Assembly (NCBI GenBank): GCA_963666215.2
Contig: CAXWPL010000005.1
Location: 352,001 to 416,000, forward strand
DNA from: Acidobacteriota bacterium
GTDB taxonomy: Bacteria; Acidobacteriota; UBA890; WLXD01
Reading direction: 5' to 3'
Length of the DNA stretch: 64,000 nucleotides
In this document: positions 48,039 to 57,786 of the stretch, in pieces
Numbering within the stretch: the first letter of the stretch is position 1
Layout of the letters: every line of letters begins with the position of its first letter
Notes under the pieces: generated by a model
What the model was told of the DNA's origin: nothing
Seen by the model: the letters and a program-made list of their open reading frames with translations, nothing else
Databases searched by the model: none
Position numbers and translations under genes: made by a program

Positions 48039-50833
48039 ACCCTCGCACCCAGCTGGAGCGTCCGTGGCAACAGAAAGGAGGTCGGGTCGCCGAAGCCGCC
48101 CGACGTGATGATGTTCTGGACGCTGCGGACGTTCTCGTAGTTGGTGAGGTTGAAGACGTCGAGGTAGACCTCGACCATCGTGTTGCCGCTGCTGAAGCTC
48201 TTCGCTCCCCGCAGGTCCCACTGGAACTCGCGCGGAAGGCGCCGCGCGTTGATCCCTTCGGGAGCGATGAAGTGTGCCCTCGGTAAAGCGATCCTCGTTT
48301 CCGGAGTCCAGGGTCGCCCGGTGCGAGCCTTCAGGATCGAGCCGAACTGGATCCCGTAGGGCAGGGTCACCGCGCCCGAGACTTTGAAGGCGTGGTGCAC
48401 CTCGTAGTCGGCCGAGTGGCGGCGAGTCGTGATGTCGCCAGCCTCTGCGAAGCTGTCGATCACCGACTCGGCGCGACCAGCCAGCTCTCGCGACGAGTTC
48501 CCCTCGGTGTCCTCGTAGGTGTAGTTGACGTTGAAGAAACCACCGTTGAACCGCTTCCGGAAGGTCAGCTCCATAATGAGGTCGCGCATGACCCCGAAGT
48601 TGCCGATCAACTTTGAGTTCGCGGGGATTGTCGGGTCGGGCGCGGGTCCCGTCAGAGGGGCGCGATTGATGATGGTTGTCCAGATCAGGTCCTTGAAGTC
48701 CTTGTAGATGATGTTGGCGCCGGCCACGTAGCCGCGGTCGATCTCGTACTCGAGGCCAATGTTCCCCTGGTAGGTGATCGGAGAGCTGAGGCCATCCTGG
48801 AGGAATACATTCTGTGAGGGCACCGTGTTGGAGCCGGAAACGACCTCGCCCGTCTCGCGGTCGAAGTTCAGGCCCCTGGAGCGAACAAGCGACGCTTCCT
48901 CGGTGGCGAGAAGCGACGAGCGGTCGCGGAAGACACCGGCGCCGGCCCGCAGGACGAAGCGCCCATCCTCAGTCAGCGCGTAGATCGAATGGATGCGTGG
49001 CGAGATCTGGTGGTTCTCCAGAAAGTCGTCGTAGTCGTAGCGCAGCCCCAGGTTGACCGTCCACCGCGGGTTGACATTCCAGTCGTCCTGGACGAAGCCC
49101 GAATAGGTATTCAGCGTGGCGTCGAGCTGCTGGTCCACTGGGAATCCAGTGGCGAAGAAGGCCGTCAGCACCTCCGGCGGCGCCGGCAGCGTTTCGACGG
49201 GAATCACGGTGCCGTCGGGCGTCCGGTTGTCGGAGACGAAGAGATCGCGCGCCGGAACTAACAGGTTCTCGTTGAAGCGCTCCCAGTCGAAACCGAATTT
49301 CATCGAGTGGTCGCCGAAGAAACCACTGTAGGACTCCTTCCACTCGAAGGCCTTGAGCTGCGCGTCGATGACCTCACCGATCTGGCCGATGACGTAGTAG
49401 TCGGTGAAGATGAGCGACCCATCCGGGCCGGCCGACCAGATAATCGGCTGCTCGCCGTTTGGCCCCAGGTTGGAGCTCGACTGGCGGTCGACGCTGCTGA
49501 ATTTCACCAGGCTGTACAGGTAGTTGTTGTTGTCGAAGGTGTGGAAGTCGTTGACCTGCACACTGAAGGTCGTGTTGTCGCCGGCGCGCTTCTCGATCTG
49601 GTCCGCCGACACACGGTTGATGGCCTGGTTGTAGACGGAGGTGTCGCTGCTGTAGTTGAAGGTGAGATTGAGCCGGTTTCTGTTCGCGGGCTGCACGGTC
49701 AACTTGCCGGTGAAACGGTTATTCGACGTGTCGCTCTGCGGCAACCCGGTGTCGAGCGCGAACGAGCGGATCTTGCCACCGGTCGGCTCACCGGGATAAG
49801 AGATGCGCCGCAGGTCGAAGCTGGTGCGATTGTCGTCGCGCTCGTAGCTGGTGAAGAACCAAGCCTTGCCCGGGGACACCGGCCCTCCCAGATAGACCGA
49901 CTCCTGGGTGCGTCTGACGTCGTCGAAGGAGTCGTCGCTGTTCAACGACTCGTCCTGGAAGTTGAAGCCGAAACCGCCAGTCCAGCGATCGGTACCCGAT
50001 CGCGTGATGAGGTTGATCACGCCGCCAGACCCCTGCCCGAACTCCGCCGAGTAGGCAGCGCTGACGACCTGAATCTCCTGGATGGCGTCCTGATTGAGCG
50101 GTTGCAGGTGGAAACCGGTGTCGAGGCCGATGCTCGGGTCGTCCGGGTTCTGTTGGTTGACGATGAAGTAGACGCTCGTACGGAAACGGCCAGAGGTGTC
50201 GCCCAGGTCGTTGTTGCGAGCACCATCGATGAGAAAGATGTTCTGGTTGTCTCGGGAGCCGTTGATGTTGAAGTTGGACCCGGTCTTGGTGACGCCGGGC
50301 AGCGTGTCGACAACGCTCTGGAAGTCGCGGCCCCGGATCGGCAGGCTGGCCAACTCCTCGTGCGTGATGGTCTTCTTGATGGCCGGCTCGCTACGCTCGA
50401 TAGCTGGCGCCTCTGCGATCACGGTAATGGTCTCCGCGACTGCGGCCGACGCTGGCATCACGACGTCGAAGCGCGACTTGGCGTTCGGGCCCGCGTTGAT
50501 CGTCTCGAAGACGAGCTCCTGGAAGCCCTGCAAGGTCAGCCGCATGTTGTACGTGCCTGGCGGGAGCGTCGGGAAGATGAAGTAGCCTCTGGTGTCACTA
50601 ACGCGGACCGACGTGACGCCGCGACCGACGTCCGTGACGACCACGGTGACCCCCGGCAGAGCCGCCGCGTCCTCATCGGTGACATACCCGGAAATACTGG
50701 CGGTGATCACTGTCTGGGCCGCCGCCTCCGATGTCCAGGCGAACGCGGCCAACAGGGCGAGCAGCAGTACGATTCCGGTCCGGAGGAAGCCGTCGAACGA
50801 CTGGTGCAGCGAGGAAGGCTTGCCGATCTTCAT
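48029..50833 (-). CDS. TonB-dependent outer membrane receptor (Oar-like, carboxypeptidase-regulatory N-domain)
   Basis: Signal peptide, LPGVTV...PGTY N-domain, YSAEFG..SGGVIN plug, FVQDDW..NLGLRYD, C-terminal LQLGARVQF. AAGGAG RBS. Confidence 0.93.
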   Translation of the reverse strand: MKIGKPSSLHQSFDGFLRTGIVLLLALLAAFAWTSEAAAQTVITASISGYVTDEDAAALPGVTVVVTDVGRGVTSVRVSDTRGYFIFPTLPPGTYNMRLTLQGFQELVFETINAGPNAKSRFDVVMPASAAVAETITVIAEAPAIERSEPAIKKTITHEELASLPIRGRDFQSVVDTLPGVTKTGSNFNINGSRDNQNIFLIDGARNNDLGDTSGRFRTSVYFIVNQQNPDDPSIGLDTGFHLQPLNQDAIQEIQVVSAAYSAEFGQGSGGVINLITRSGTDRWTGGFGFNFQDESLNSDDSFDDVRRTQESVYLGGPVSPGKAWFFTSYERDDNRTSFDLRRISYPGEPTGGKIRSFALDTGLPQSDTSNNRFTGKLTVQPANRNRLNLTFNYSSDTSVYNQAINRVSADQIEKRAGDNTTFSVQVNDFHTFDNNNYLYSLVKFSSVDRQSSSNLGPNGEQPIIWSAGPDGSLIFTDYYVIGQIGEVIDAQLKAFEWKESYSGFFGDHSMKFGFDWERFNENLLVPARDLFVSDNRTPDGTVIPVETLPAPPEVLTAFFATGFPVDQQLDATLNTYSGFVQDDWNVNPRWTVNLGLRYDYDDFLENHQISPRIHSIYALTEDGRFVLRAGAGVFRDRSSLLATEEASLVRSRGLNFDRETGEVVSGSNTVPSQNVFLQDGLSSPITYQGNIGLEYEIDRGYVAGANIIYKDFKDLIWTTIINRAPLTGPAPDPTIPANSKLIGNFGVMRDLIMELTFRKRFNGGFFNVNYTYEDTEGNSSRELAGRAESVIDSFAEAGDITTRRHSADYEVHHAFKVSGAVTLPYGIQFGSILKARTGRPWTPETRIALPRAHFIAPEGINARRLPREFQWDLRGAKSFSSGNTMVEVYLDVFNLTNYENVRSVQNIITSGGFGDPTSFLLPRTLQLGARVQF

Positions 50834-50876
50834 TTCCCGAGTCTCCTTTATCACACACGGTAAAGGACCAGGGGGC

Positions 50877-50930
50877 CACCTGTCGAGTCCACGATGGAAA
50901 CTCCAGCTTCCATCGTGGACTCGACAGGTG
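50877..50930. repeat. Perfect 23-bp inverted repeat with an 8-nt loop in the leader of the TonB receptor gene
   Basis: CACCTGTCGAGTCCACGATGGAA-actccagc-TTCCATCGTGGACTCGACAGGTG. Confidence 0.9.
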
Positions 50931-50931
50931 A

Positions 50932-50986
50932 GACATCTCTAACAATCTTCGAAGGAACGTGGAACCTTGTTCTAAGAAGTTTCGAA
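50932..50986 (-). promoter_or_regulatory. Array of five 11-bp direct repeats, copy 3
   Basis: Minus strand reads TTCGAaacttc TTAGAacaagg TTCCAcgttcc TTCGAagattg TTAGAgatgtc. Confidence 0.8.
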
Positions 50987-51053
50987 CAGGCACGCAGCCT
51001 TTTGGGCGCGGCTCAACAGCGACCAGAGCTTCTGCCGTCGAGGCCGCCCGGGT

Positions 51054-53270
51054 TCAGCGAATCGCCGGGAGCAGGCTCCGAGCATCGACGATCAGGCGGA
51101 GCCGGTCGGGGTGCTGCGATTGCTGGGTGCGCCCCAGGAGAAACGTCTCGGCGTTGGGCGAGATGTCGTAGAAGCCGTTGTGGTTGTGAATCTCGAACAA
51201 GAGTTCGGCAGTCCCGGCGGCAAACTCCGAGGCCGTGTGCACCGGGACCGAGTAGATTCGGTAGCCCGTGTTGAAGAAGAGCTCGTCGCCGGAAGCGGAC
51301 CACTCCGGAAACCGGCCTCCCTCCGTCGAGATCCGAAACTTCCCGCCGGGTCCAGGGAAGGGGCGCACGTAGATCTCGAATCGACCCGACTCGTCGGTGT
51401 TGTAGGCGAGCCAACGCCCGTCGGGCGAAAAGGCCGCCTGGGTCTCGTGGAAGCGCGTGCGAAGGAACGGGCGCGGCTCACCCTCGCCGTCGGCTGGAAG
51501 GATCCAGAGGTCCTGACCGGTCTCGGGGTGAAGCTCGGTGTAGACGAGCCATCTACCGTCGGGGCTCCAGGAATCCGCAAACTTCGGGTGGTCGGACGTG
51601 TACACGAGCTCGCCAGGGGCGCTACCGTCGGCCGGCACCGAATAGAGATCCATGGGTCCACTGCGGTTGGAGCTGAAGACAACCGCATTGCCATCTGGGC
51701 TCCACAGCGGACTCATATCGGGGCTGAGCGCCGACGTCAGGCGCCCGAGCGCGCCACGCGCCAGATCGTAGCGCCAGATGTCTCCATCCGAGGCCATGAT
51801 GACCGACTGACCGTTGGGCGAAAGCCTGTGGTGCCCGTAGTCGCTCGGAGGCAATGTCAACGGCCACGACTTCCCCTGCCGGTCGGACCAGACCAGCGTG
51901 CCGAGGGCGAGCTCCCCGGGCACGTAGATCAGGGATCCGCTCGCCGAAACATCGAACTGCGCCGCACCTGTCTGAAAGGTCATCAGCTTCTCGACGATCG
52001 GCACCGCCGGCCCCGTGATTTCCAAGGTTTTTTGGTTGTAGGGCAACGAGAACAATGAGCCCGCGCGCGCGAAGACCAAGTGACCCTCGATCAGATGACG
52101 AGGTTGCCACCCCCCCGACTCGAGCAGGACGCGCCGCTCCAACCCCCGAAGTGCCAGCACGACGATCGCCGGAGGCTCAACCGCGGACATGCCGACCCGC
52201 ACGACGTTGAAGGCCAGCAGATCACCCCCGGGCAGGAAGACCGGCCACTCATGGTTGTATTCTCCCGCCGCTTCGTCCGGGGTGGTCAACGCCTCGGGGA
52301 CACCACCACCAGAGGAAACGCGCCACAGCCCTGACTCGACTCCCTTGGAAAAGACGATCGTGCCATCCGGCCCCCAGGCAGCGCCGTAAACAGGGCCCTC
52401 CTCGGTCTCGGCCACCACCGCGGTGGGTCCGCCGCGCAGGTCCACCCTCTTCAGCTGATGCTCGGTGAAGAAACCCACCGACTCCCCGTTCGGAGAGAAA
52501 AAGGGCCCGTATCCGCCCGCGGTCCCGGGAATCGGCCCGCCCTCGAAGCCCTCGAGGCCGAGCTGGTAAAGCTCGTTTTCGCCTCCGGGAGAGCCGCGAT
52601 AGACGATGCGAGCACCATCTGGCGATATCGCCAGGCTTGGCGGAGTGCCCGGAGTAATGGGCACACTCAGCGCGATCGGTATGTTCAAGGGCGAAGGCGG
52701 ATCGGATGCGGGCCGCGGCCAGGCGAAATACGCCGCGCTGGCGACCAGGATACCGGCGATCAAGCCAATCGATCCCCAGCGTAAGTGCGCCGTCGGTGAT
52801 GCCTCGAGAGTGCCAACCGGAGAAAGCAGGACGTCCGGCAGCCATCGCGGGCCAGGGTTTGCTTCGGCGTCGGTTTGCACGCGGTTCACCGTCGCGATGA
52901 ACCGGTAGCCGCGCCGGTAAACGGTCTGGATGTAGGTCGGCGTGTGGCAGTCGTCCGCCAGCACCTCCCGAATGACGCCTACAGCCTCGCTCGGCGACTG
53001 ATCGGTGACGTAGCTATCGTGCCAGACCGAGGACACCAGCTCGTCCTTGGAAACAATCTGGCCGGCACGGTCGAGGAAAAGCTCCAGCACGGCTAGCGCC
53101 CGCGGCGGAAGATAGAGTTCATCACCGTCTCGGGTCAGGATGCCCGACGGCCGGTCGAACCGGTACGGGCCGAACGTCAGGACTTCGGCGATCGGCGGAG
53201 GGGATGGCTGCGCTGGCACGTACGATCGGGCCGCAACCGGATCCCTCATCTCGTTTGTCTGACTCCCCAT
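51054..53270 (-). CDS. ToxR/CadC-like regulator: OmpR/PhoB wHTH, TM helix and TolB-like PD40 beta-propeller
   Basis: FGPYRFD...VSKDEL..VW...YIQTVYRRGYRF, then a hydrophobic helix, then many (W/F)SP(D/N)G repeats. Confidence 0.92.
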   Translation of the reverse strand: MGSQTNEMRDPVAARSYVPAQPSPPPIAEVLTFGPYRFDRPSGILTRDGDELYLPPRALAVLELFLDRAGQIVSKDELVSSVWHDSYVTDQSPSEAVGVIREVLADDCHTPTYIQTVYRRGYRFIATVNRVQTDAEANPGPRWLPDVLLSPVGTLEASPTAHLRWGSIGLIAGILVASAAYFAWPRPASDPPSPLNIPIALSVPITPGTPPSLAISPDGARIVYRGSPGGENELYQLGLEGFEGGPIPGTAGGYGPFFSPNGESVGFFTEHQLKRVDLRGGPTAVVAETEEGPVYGAAWGPDGTIVFSKGVESGLWRVSSGGGVPEALTTPDEAAGEYNHEWPVFLPGGDLLAFNVVRVGMSAVEPPAIVVLALRGLERRVLLESGGWQPRHLIEGHLVFARAGSLFSLPYNQKTLEITGPAVPIVEKLMTFQTGAAQFDVSASGSLIYVPGELALGTLVWSDRQGKSWPLTLPPSDYGHHRLSPNGQSVIMASDGDIWRYDLARGALGRLTSALSPDMSPLWSPDGNAVVFSSNRSGPMDLYSVPADGSAPGELVYTSDHPKFADSWSPDGRWLVYTELHPETGQDLWILPADGEGEPRPFLRTRFHETQAAFSPDGRWLAYNTDESGRFEIYVRPFPGPGGKFRISTEGGRFPEWSASGDELFFNTGYRIYSVPVHTASEFAAGTAELLFEIHNHNGFYDISPNAETFLLGRTQQSQHPDRLRLIVDARSLLPAIR

Positions 53271-53501
53271 CGCCGAGTGGCTCGAACCCGAGGTGCCGTG
53301 ACGGGGCTGCTGACGAGACTACCGGGGCGCGCTGTGCGCTCGGCAATTTAAACCCGGCTTGGTTGTCACACTAGACCGGTCGCCAAGCAGCTTCAAGGGG
53401 TAGCGCAGGCGCCGCGAATGTTCAGAGCGTTGGCAGTCTGCTCTGACGCCGACGTGGGCAACGGCAACGTCGGCTATCTGCGCAGAAGCGAGCCCGGGCC
53501 T

Positions 53502-53603
53502 TCAGCGATGGCCAAGGGCGTACAGATGCCCATCGGCGCTGCCGATATAAAGCGCTCCCTCTTGCACCACCGGCGACGAGAGGAACGCGCCGAGGTCGAG
53601 GAA
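53502..53603 (-). pseudogene. C-terminal remnant of a PQQ/BamB-like beta-propeller protein
   Basis: Not in the ORF track. Translates as FLDLGAFLSSPVVQEGALYIGSADGHLYALGHR*, with an in-frame TAG immediately upstream. Confidence 0.7.
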
Positions 53604-53616
53604 CTAGCAAGGCCCG

Positions 53617-55063
53617 CTAGCGCACCACCTGGCCGACGCGCACATCGGCCCAGATACCGGGTCCCACAGTGGCGGCAGTGAACGGAATGAGCTTGAGACG
53701 CGTGGCGCCCACCGTGCGTGTGCGCACGAAGATCGCCGTGCCATCGGCGCGCCGGATAATCACCCGGATGCGCATCTGCTTGCTGCCGGTGTTGTAGGCG
53801 GCGAAGGTCCACTGCGAGGTCTCCGACGGACGGGCACCGAGCACGATGGCACGCTTCGCCGCACCGTCGCCGGCCACGAACGGGGGTAAAGGAGCGTGGA
53901 ACGGATCGCGGCTGACGTTCGCAGAGCCCCTGGGGGGCGGGCGGTCAGCGAAGGCGGCGTGCAGGTTGATGCCGAGAACGATGTGCCGGGGTGACAAGAA
54001 CGAGGCCGACCCGCGAAATACGGTCTCGTTGTCCACGGGCCAGAATTCGTTGACCTCGCCCGACCGTACTTCGAAGGGCTCGAGACCGAAGGACGCGTTG
54101 ATCGGGGCGCCTGCGACTGGCCTGAGCCGCGCTTTCACCTGCGTGGCCGTCGGGCCGTCGTTGCGCAGGGTGAAGGTGGTTTCCGCGTTCTTACCTTGAA
54201 GGACCATGGGGACGTGGATTCGCGTGTTGAGCTCGACCTTCGGGACGAAGATGCGGTATGCGACGTCGTTTGAGCCTGCGTAGATGGTCTGGACGAACGC
54301 CGAGAGCCCACCGCCGTCCGGCACAACCAGTTGCAGGCGGTTGTTGTCGATGGACGGCTCCCCCCACGGATCGATGTCAGCTATCGAGCGACCGAGCACA
54401 CGCTCGGGTGCGACCGTTCCCTCCACGAAGCCCGCGAACCTTCCGAGCCCGTCCTCGAGGAACAGTTTGTAGTCCAGGTGAGTCTCGCCGCCGTTGTAGA
54501 TGAAGAGCGTCGAGTCGGCACCATCACCCTGTAGAACCCCATCGACATCCCAGGTGGAGAAGCCCACCCGATCGCGCAGCAGCCCGCCACCGAGCAACGG
54601 ACCTTGCGAGGTCGCTACGGGAAGAATTCGCGTCACAGCCTGCTTGGATGGGGGCGCAGTAGGTCGCGCTCGCGCCGATCTTGGTGTTCGAGCGGAAGAA
54701 CAAGGTGCCGGGCGCGCCACGTCCCGGGAGTACGCTCGAGTCCAACGTAAACAATTCCCGGGGTCCGATTTGCTGCCAGCTGGTTACGACTTCGGGTGCG
54801 CGGTTGCCGCGCTGGGTGGTCAAATCGACGTTCGCCGTCACCCGTGGAGCGAGATTGACAGGGTCCAGAAATGACATCCGCGAGTGCGTGGGAAGGGCAG
54901 CGATTGCTTCCTCCGAAATCGTCTCGGGAATGCTCCGCCCGCCAGCGTTGGAGAAGCCCGGTTCGCCGACCTTAGCGGCCGATTTCGCGGCGGATGTCTG
55001 GGCGAACGGATGGGTAACCAGCGCCAGGGCCACGATACCCGTCATGGCGGTGGGTCTGCTCAT
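53617..55063 (-). pseudogene. Hypothetical exported beta-rich protein split by a frameshift near 54655
   Basis: ORF 54524-55063 carries the signal peptide and ORF 53617-54720 carries the protein-like continuation. Confidence 0.55.
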
Positions 55064-55225
55064 GCTCTCTGCCTCCGTGGGTACGCGTGAAGTCCGCCGC
55101 CTACTCGCTCCGTTTGTTGAACGTTGTGCTGGAGCAACCGCACGACTTGTCGCATGCCCGCCACTATTCGGGAAATCGACCGCGCGTTCAACCGGAGCGG
55201 CCCTGAGGTCGTCGAGGCGCGGCCG

Positions 55226-55852
55226 CTATTCAACGACAACGCGCTGCCGGCGAGAGCGCATCCCGTCCAGCAACGTACGCGTGGTCATTCCGATCAGCCC
55301 ATCAATCTCGTCGGTCGCCTGGATCTGTCCCTCGATCAGCAAGGACGCCAACCCGTGCACGGCGCTCCAGGCCACGTAGGCCTGCAGTGAGGGATCCTGC
55401 CTCTTGATCCCGCCGCTGCGCTGGTGGGCCCGGATCACCTCGACCAGGTGTTCGTACAGGGCGTTCGCGGCCTCGCGCAGCTCGGGTAGATCTTCGCGGG
55501 TGAGCGCCTCCCTGCCGTACATCAGGCGGTAGTGCGCCGGATTCTCGAGCGCGAAGCGCACGTACTCCTCGCCGAGACGCCGGAACCGATCGACGCTCGA
55601 TCGCGGGGCGCCCGCGTCGATGGCTTGCACGCGGTCGTTGAGACGCTTGAACCCTGCCGCGGCAACCGCAACGAGGAGCGCTGTCTTGTCGGCGAAGTGA
55701 CGATAGAGCGCCGCCCGCGATACGCCGAGGCGTCCGGCGATTGCCCGCATCGTCACGCTGGCCACCCCGTGCTCAGAAATCATCGCGGCGGCTTCCGTAA
55801 GAAGCGCTGCCCGAAGATCCCCGTGGTGATACGCGCCGGCCCGGTCATTCAT
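55226..55852 (-). CDS. TetR/AcrR family regulator (WHG-type C-terminus)
   Basis: YHHGDLRAALL, GVSRAALYRHF and WSAVHG motifs. Confidence 0.93.
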   Translation of the reverse strand: MNDRAGAYHHGDLRAALLTEAAAMISEHGVASVTMRAIAGRLGVSRAALYRHFADKTALLVAVAAAGFKRLNDRVQAIDAGAPRSSVDRFRRLGEEYVRFALENPAHYRLMYGREALTREDLPELREAANALYEHLVEVIRAHQRSGGIKRQDPSLQAYVAWSAVHGLASLLIEGQIQATDEIDGLIGMTTRTLLDGMRSRRQRVVVE

Positions 55853-55872
55853 CCGTCAAAGATGACCGACGG

Positions 55873-55917
55873 TGTTGACGGTGTCAACATCTCGAATGTA
55901 TGTTGACGTCGTCAACA
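55873..55917. promoter_or_regulatory. Twin palindromic operators, putative TetR sites
   Basis: TGTTGAC-ggt-GTCAACA (55873-55889) and TGTTGAC-gtc-GTCAACA (55901-55917), just upstream of tetR. Confidence 0.85.
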
Positions 55918-56060
55918 CCAAGTGCCTATCGTACCAGCGTCGTGCTGGGTTGGGCACGACGGCGTGTCGGAGGCCGGGCCCGGTAGCCCGTAACGGTCGC
56001 TGTCGCTATCCCCTAACCCAGATCAACGCGGGCGCCGGCCTGGCCCGCGTAGAGCTCGGC

Positions 56061-56087
56061 GTGGCGAAAGTCGTGCAGCCGCAGATC
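56061..56087 (-). mobile_element. Possible tyrosine recombinase remnant
   Basis: DLRLHDFRH resembles the H-x-x-R box of tyrosine integrases. The flanks are not recognisable. Confidence 0.35.
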
Positions 56088-56277
56088 CAAGACAAACGAA
56101 GCCACCGTTGATCGGCGCTCGCCTGCACCAGTCCACGATCGACGACGAGTTGCAGAACCTCCTCGCTCCATCGCAGAAACCCTCTCAGCCGGCTGTAACA
56201 CCGAGCTGCCGATCGCATAGAACTGGGTGACGGCGAGATTCTGAGATCGAGAGTAGCGGACTGAGGAGGATCGAAGC

Positions 56278-56421
56278 GTGCAGAACGCGATCGAATGTCG
56301 GGGCGTCAGCAAACGCTACCTGCGCTTCACCCTGAGCGACATCGACCTCCAAGTGCCGGAGGGCTCGGTCATGGGCTTCGTGGGGCCGATGGCGCGGGCA
56401 AGTCGACCAACCGCATCATGA
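56278..56421 (+). pseudogene. N-terminal remnant of an ABC transporter ATP-binding protein
   Basis: GAGGAGG RBS, GTG start, MQNAIECRGVSKRY.RFTLSDIDLQVPEGSVMGFVGP. A 1-nt deletion breaks Walker A (P[N]GAGKST), and the gene is then truncated. Confidence 0.8.
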
Positions 56422-56444
56422 AACCCAAGGGCGGTAACGGGAGC

Positions 56445-57698
56445 ATGAGTGAGTCGGCGGCGGCAGCCACCCCCGTCGCCCGCGGTGAGCGCATCGTCGC
56501 TATCGACGTGCTGCGGGGCTTCGCGATCCTGGGCATCCTGATCATCAACATTCAGAGCTTCGCGATGGTCGAGGCGTCGTACCTGAACCCGGCGGCCACC
56601 TGGCCGGCCGGCGAGCTGACGGGCGCCAACCTGTGGGTGTGGGCCGTCAGCTACCTGTTCGGCGACCAGAAGTTCATGACGATCTTCTCGATGCTCTTCG
56701 GCGCGGGCATCGTGCTCATGAGCGGGCGCGCCGAGGCCAAGGGCATCCGCACCGTCGGCCTGCACTACCGGCGGCAGCTCTGGCTGCTGCTCATCGGGAT
56801 GGGGCACGCCTACCTGCTCTGGTCGGGCGACATCCTGGTGACCTACGCGCTGTGCGCGCTTCTTCTCTATTGGTTCCGCAACCTCTCGCCGCGGACGCTG
56901 ATCGTGCTCGGCGTCGTCGTCGTTGGCGTCTCATCGATGCTCTCGTTCGGCGGCCAGTTCTCGATGCCGTATTGGGACGAGGAGCAGATCGAGGATGGCC
57001 GGCTCGAGTGGGCGCCGCCGCCCGAGCAGCTCCAGGCCGGCGTCGACGCCTATCGCGGCGGCTGGTGGGAGCAGATGCCGCAGCGCGCCGCCACCGCGCT
57101 GGCGCTCCAGACGTTCATCTTCTTGGTCTGGTTCGGCTGGCGTGCCGGCGGGCTGATGCTCATCGGCATGGGGCTGTTCAAGCTCGGCGTGCTGACGGCG
57201 GCCCGTGAGGACGCCTTCTATAAGAGGATGCTGCTGTGCCTGCCGGTGGGCCTGGGGATCGTCGCCTACGGGATCTCGCGCAACCTCCAGGAAGGGTTCG
57301 CATTCGAGTACTCGATGTTTCTCGGCGCCCAGTTCAACTACTGGGGGAGCATGCTGGTTAGCCTCGGCTACGTGGCGATCGTGATGCTGGTCTGCCGGCG
57401 CGGCCTGATGACGGGGCTGACCGATCGCCTGGCGGCGTACGGCCGCATGGCCCTGACCAACTACCTCACCCAGACGATCATCTGCACGCTCATCTTCTAC
57501 GGCCATGGACTGGGCCTCTACGAGCACGTCCAGCGCCCGGGGCAGGTGCTGATCGTCCTCGGCGTCTGGGCAGCGCAGCTCCTGTGGTCGCCCTGGTGGC
57601 TGGCCCGCTACAGCTTCGGCCCGTTCGAATGGGCCTGGCGCTCGCTGACCTACGTACGGCTGCAACCGCTCCGGCGCGTTGCCGAGGTGGGCGGCTAG
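56445..57698 (+). CDS. DUF418 (YeiB-like) membrane protein
   Basis: RIVAIDVLRGFAILGI, KFMTIFSMLFG, WSGDIL, GRMALTNYL.Q and GPFEWAWR motifs. Confidence 0.92.
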   Translation: MSESAAAATPVARGERIVAIDVLRGFAILGILIINIQSFAMVEASYLNPAATWPAGELTGANLWVWAVSYLFGDQKFMTIFSMLFGAGIVLMSGRAEAKGIRTVGLHYRRQLWLLLIGMGHAYLLWSGDILVTYALCALLLYWFRNLSPRTLIVLGVVVVGVSSMLSFGGQFSMPYWDEEQIEDGRLEWAPPPEQLQAGVDAYRGGWWEQMPQRAATALALQTFIFLVWFGWRAGGLMLIGMGLFKLGVLTAAREDAFYKRMLLCLPVGLGIVAYGISRNLQEGFAFEYSMFLGAQFNYWGSMLVSLGYVAIVMLVCRRGLMTGLTDRLAAYGRMALTNYLTQTIICTLIFYGHGLGLYEHVQRPGQVLIVLGVWAAQLLWSPWWLARYSFGPFEWAWRSLTYVRLQPLRRVAEVGG

Positions 57699-57730
57699 CT
57701 GCTGTCCTGTTCGCCGTACCGCTCCGACAC

Positions 57731-57780
57731 GGGGACCAACCAGAATCAACGGAAACCAACTCAGACCAACTCCCGCCAAC
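57731..57780 (+). repeat. Five 10-bp-phased direct repeats ending in CAAC
   Basis: ggggacCAAC cagaatCAAC ggaaacCAAC tcagacCAAC tcccgcCAAC. Confidence 0.8.
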
Positions 57781-57786
57781 TCCCTT

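Noticed and set aside
233-50863. Long alternative or antisense ORFs such as 233-1450, 23852-24988, 27556-29052, 34365-36041 and 49307-50863
   Set aside because: They overlap well-supported genes, show no motifs, and are expected in high-GC DNA with few stop codons.
57681-57694. GCCGAGGTGGGCGG about 100 nt upstream of the tRNA fragment could be its 5' acceptor strand (split or intron-containing tRNA)
   Set aside because: It pairs with CCTCGGT but lies inside the last DUF418 codons, has no D-loop consensus, and the spacer has no intron features. Probably chance, though a tRNA scan would settle it.
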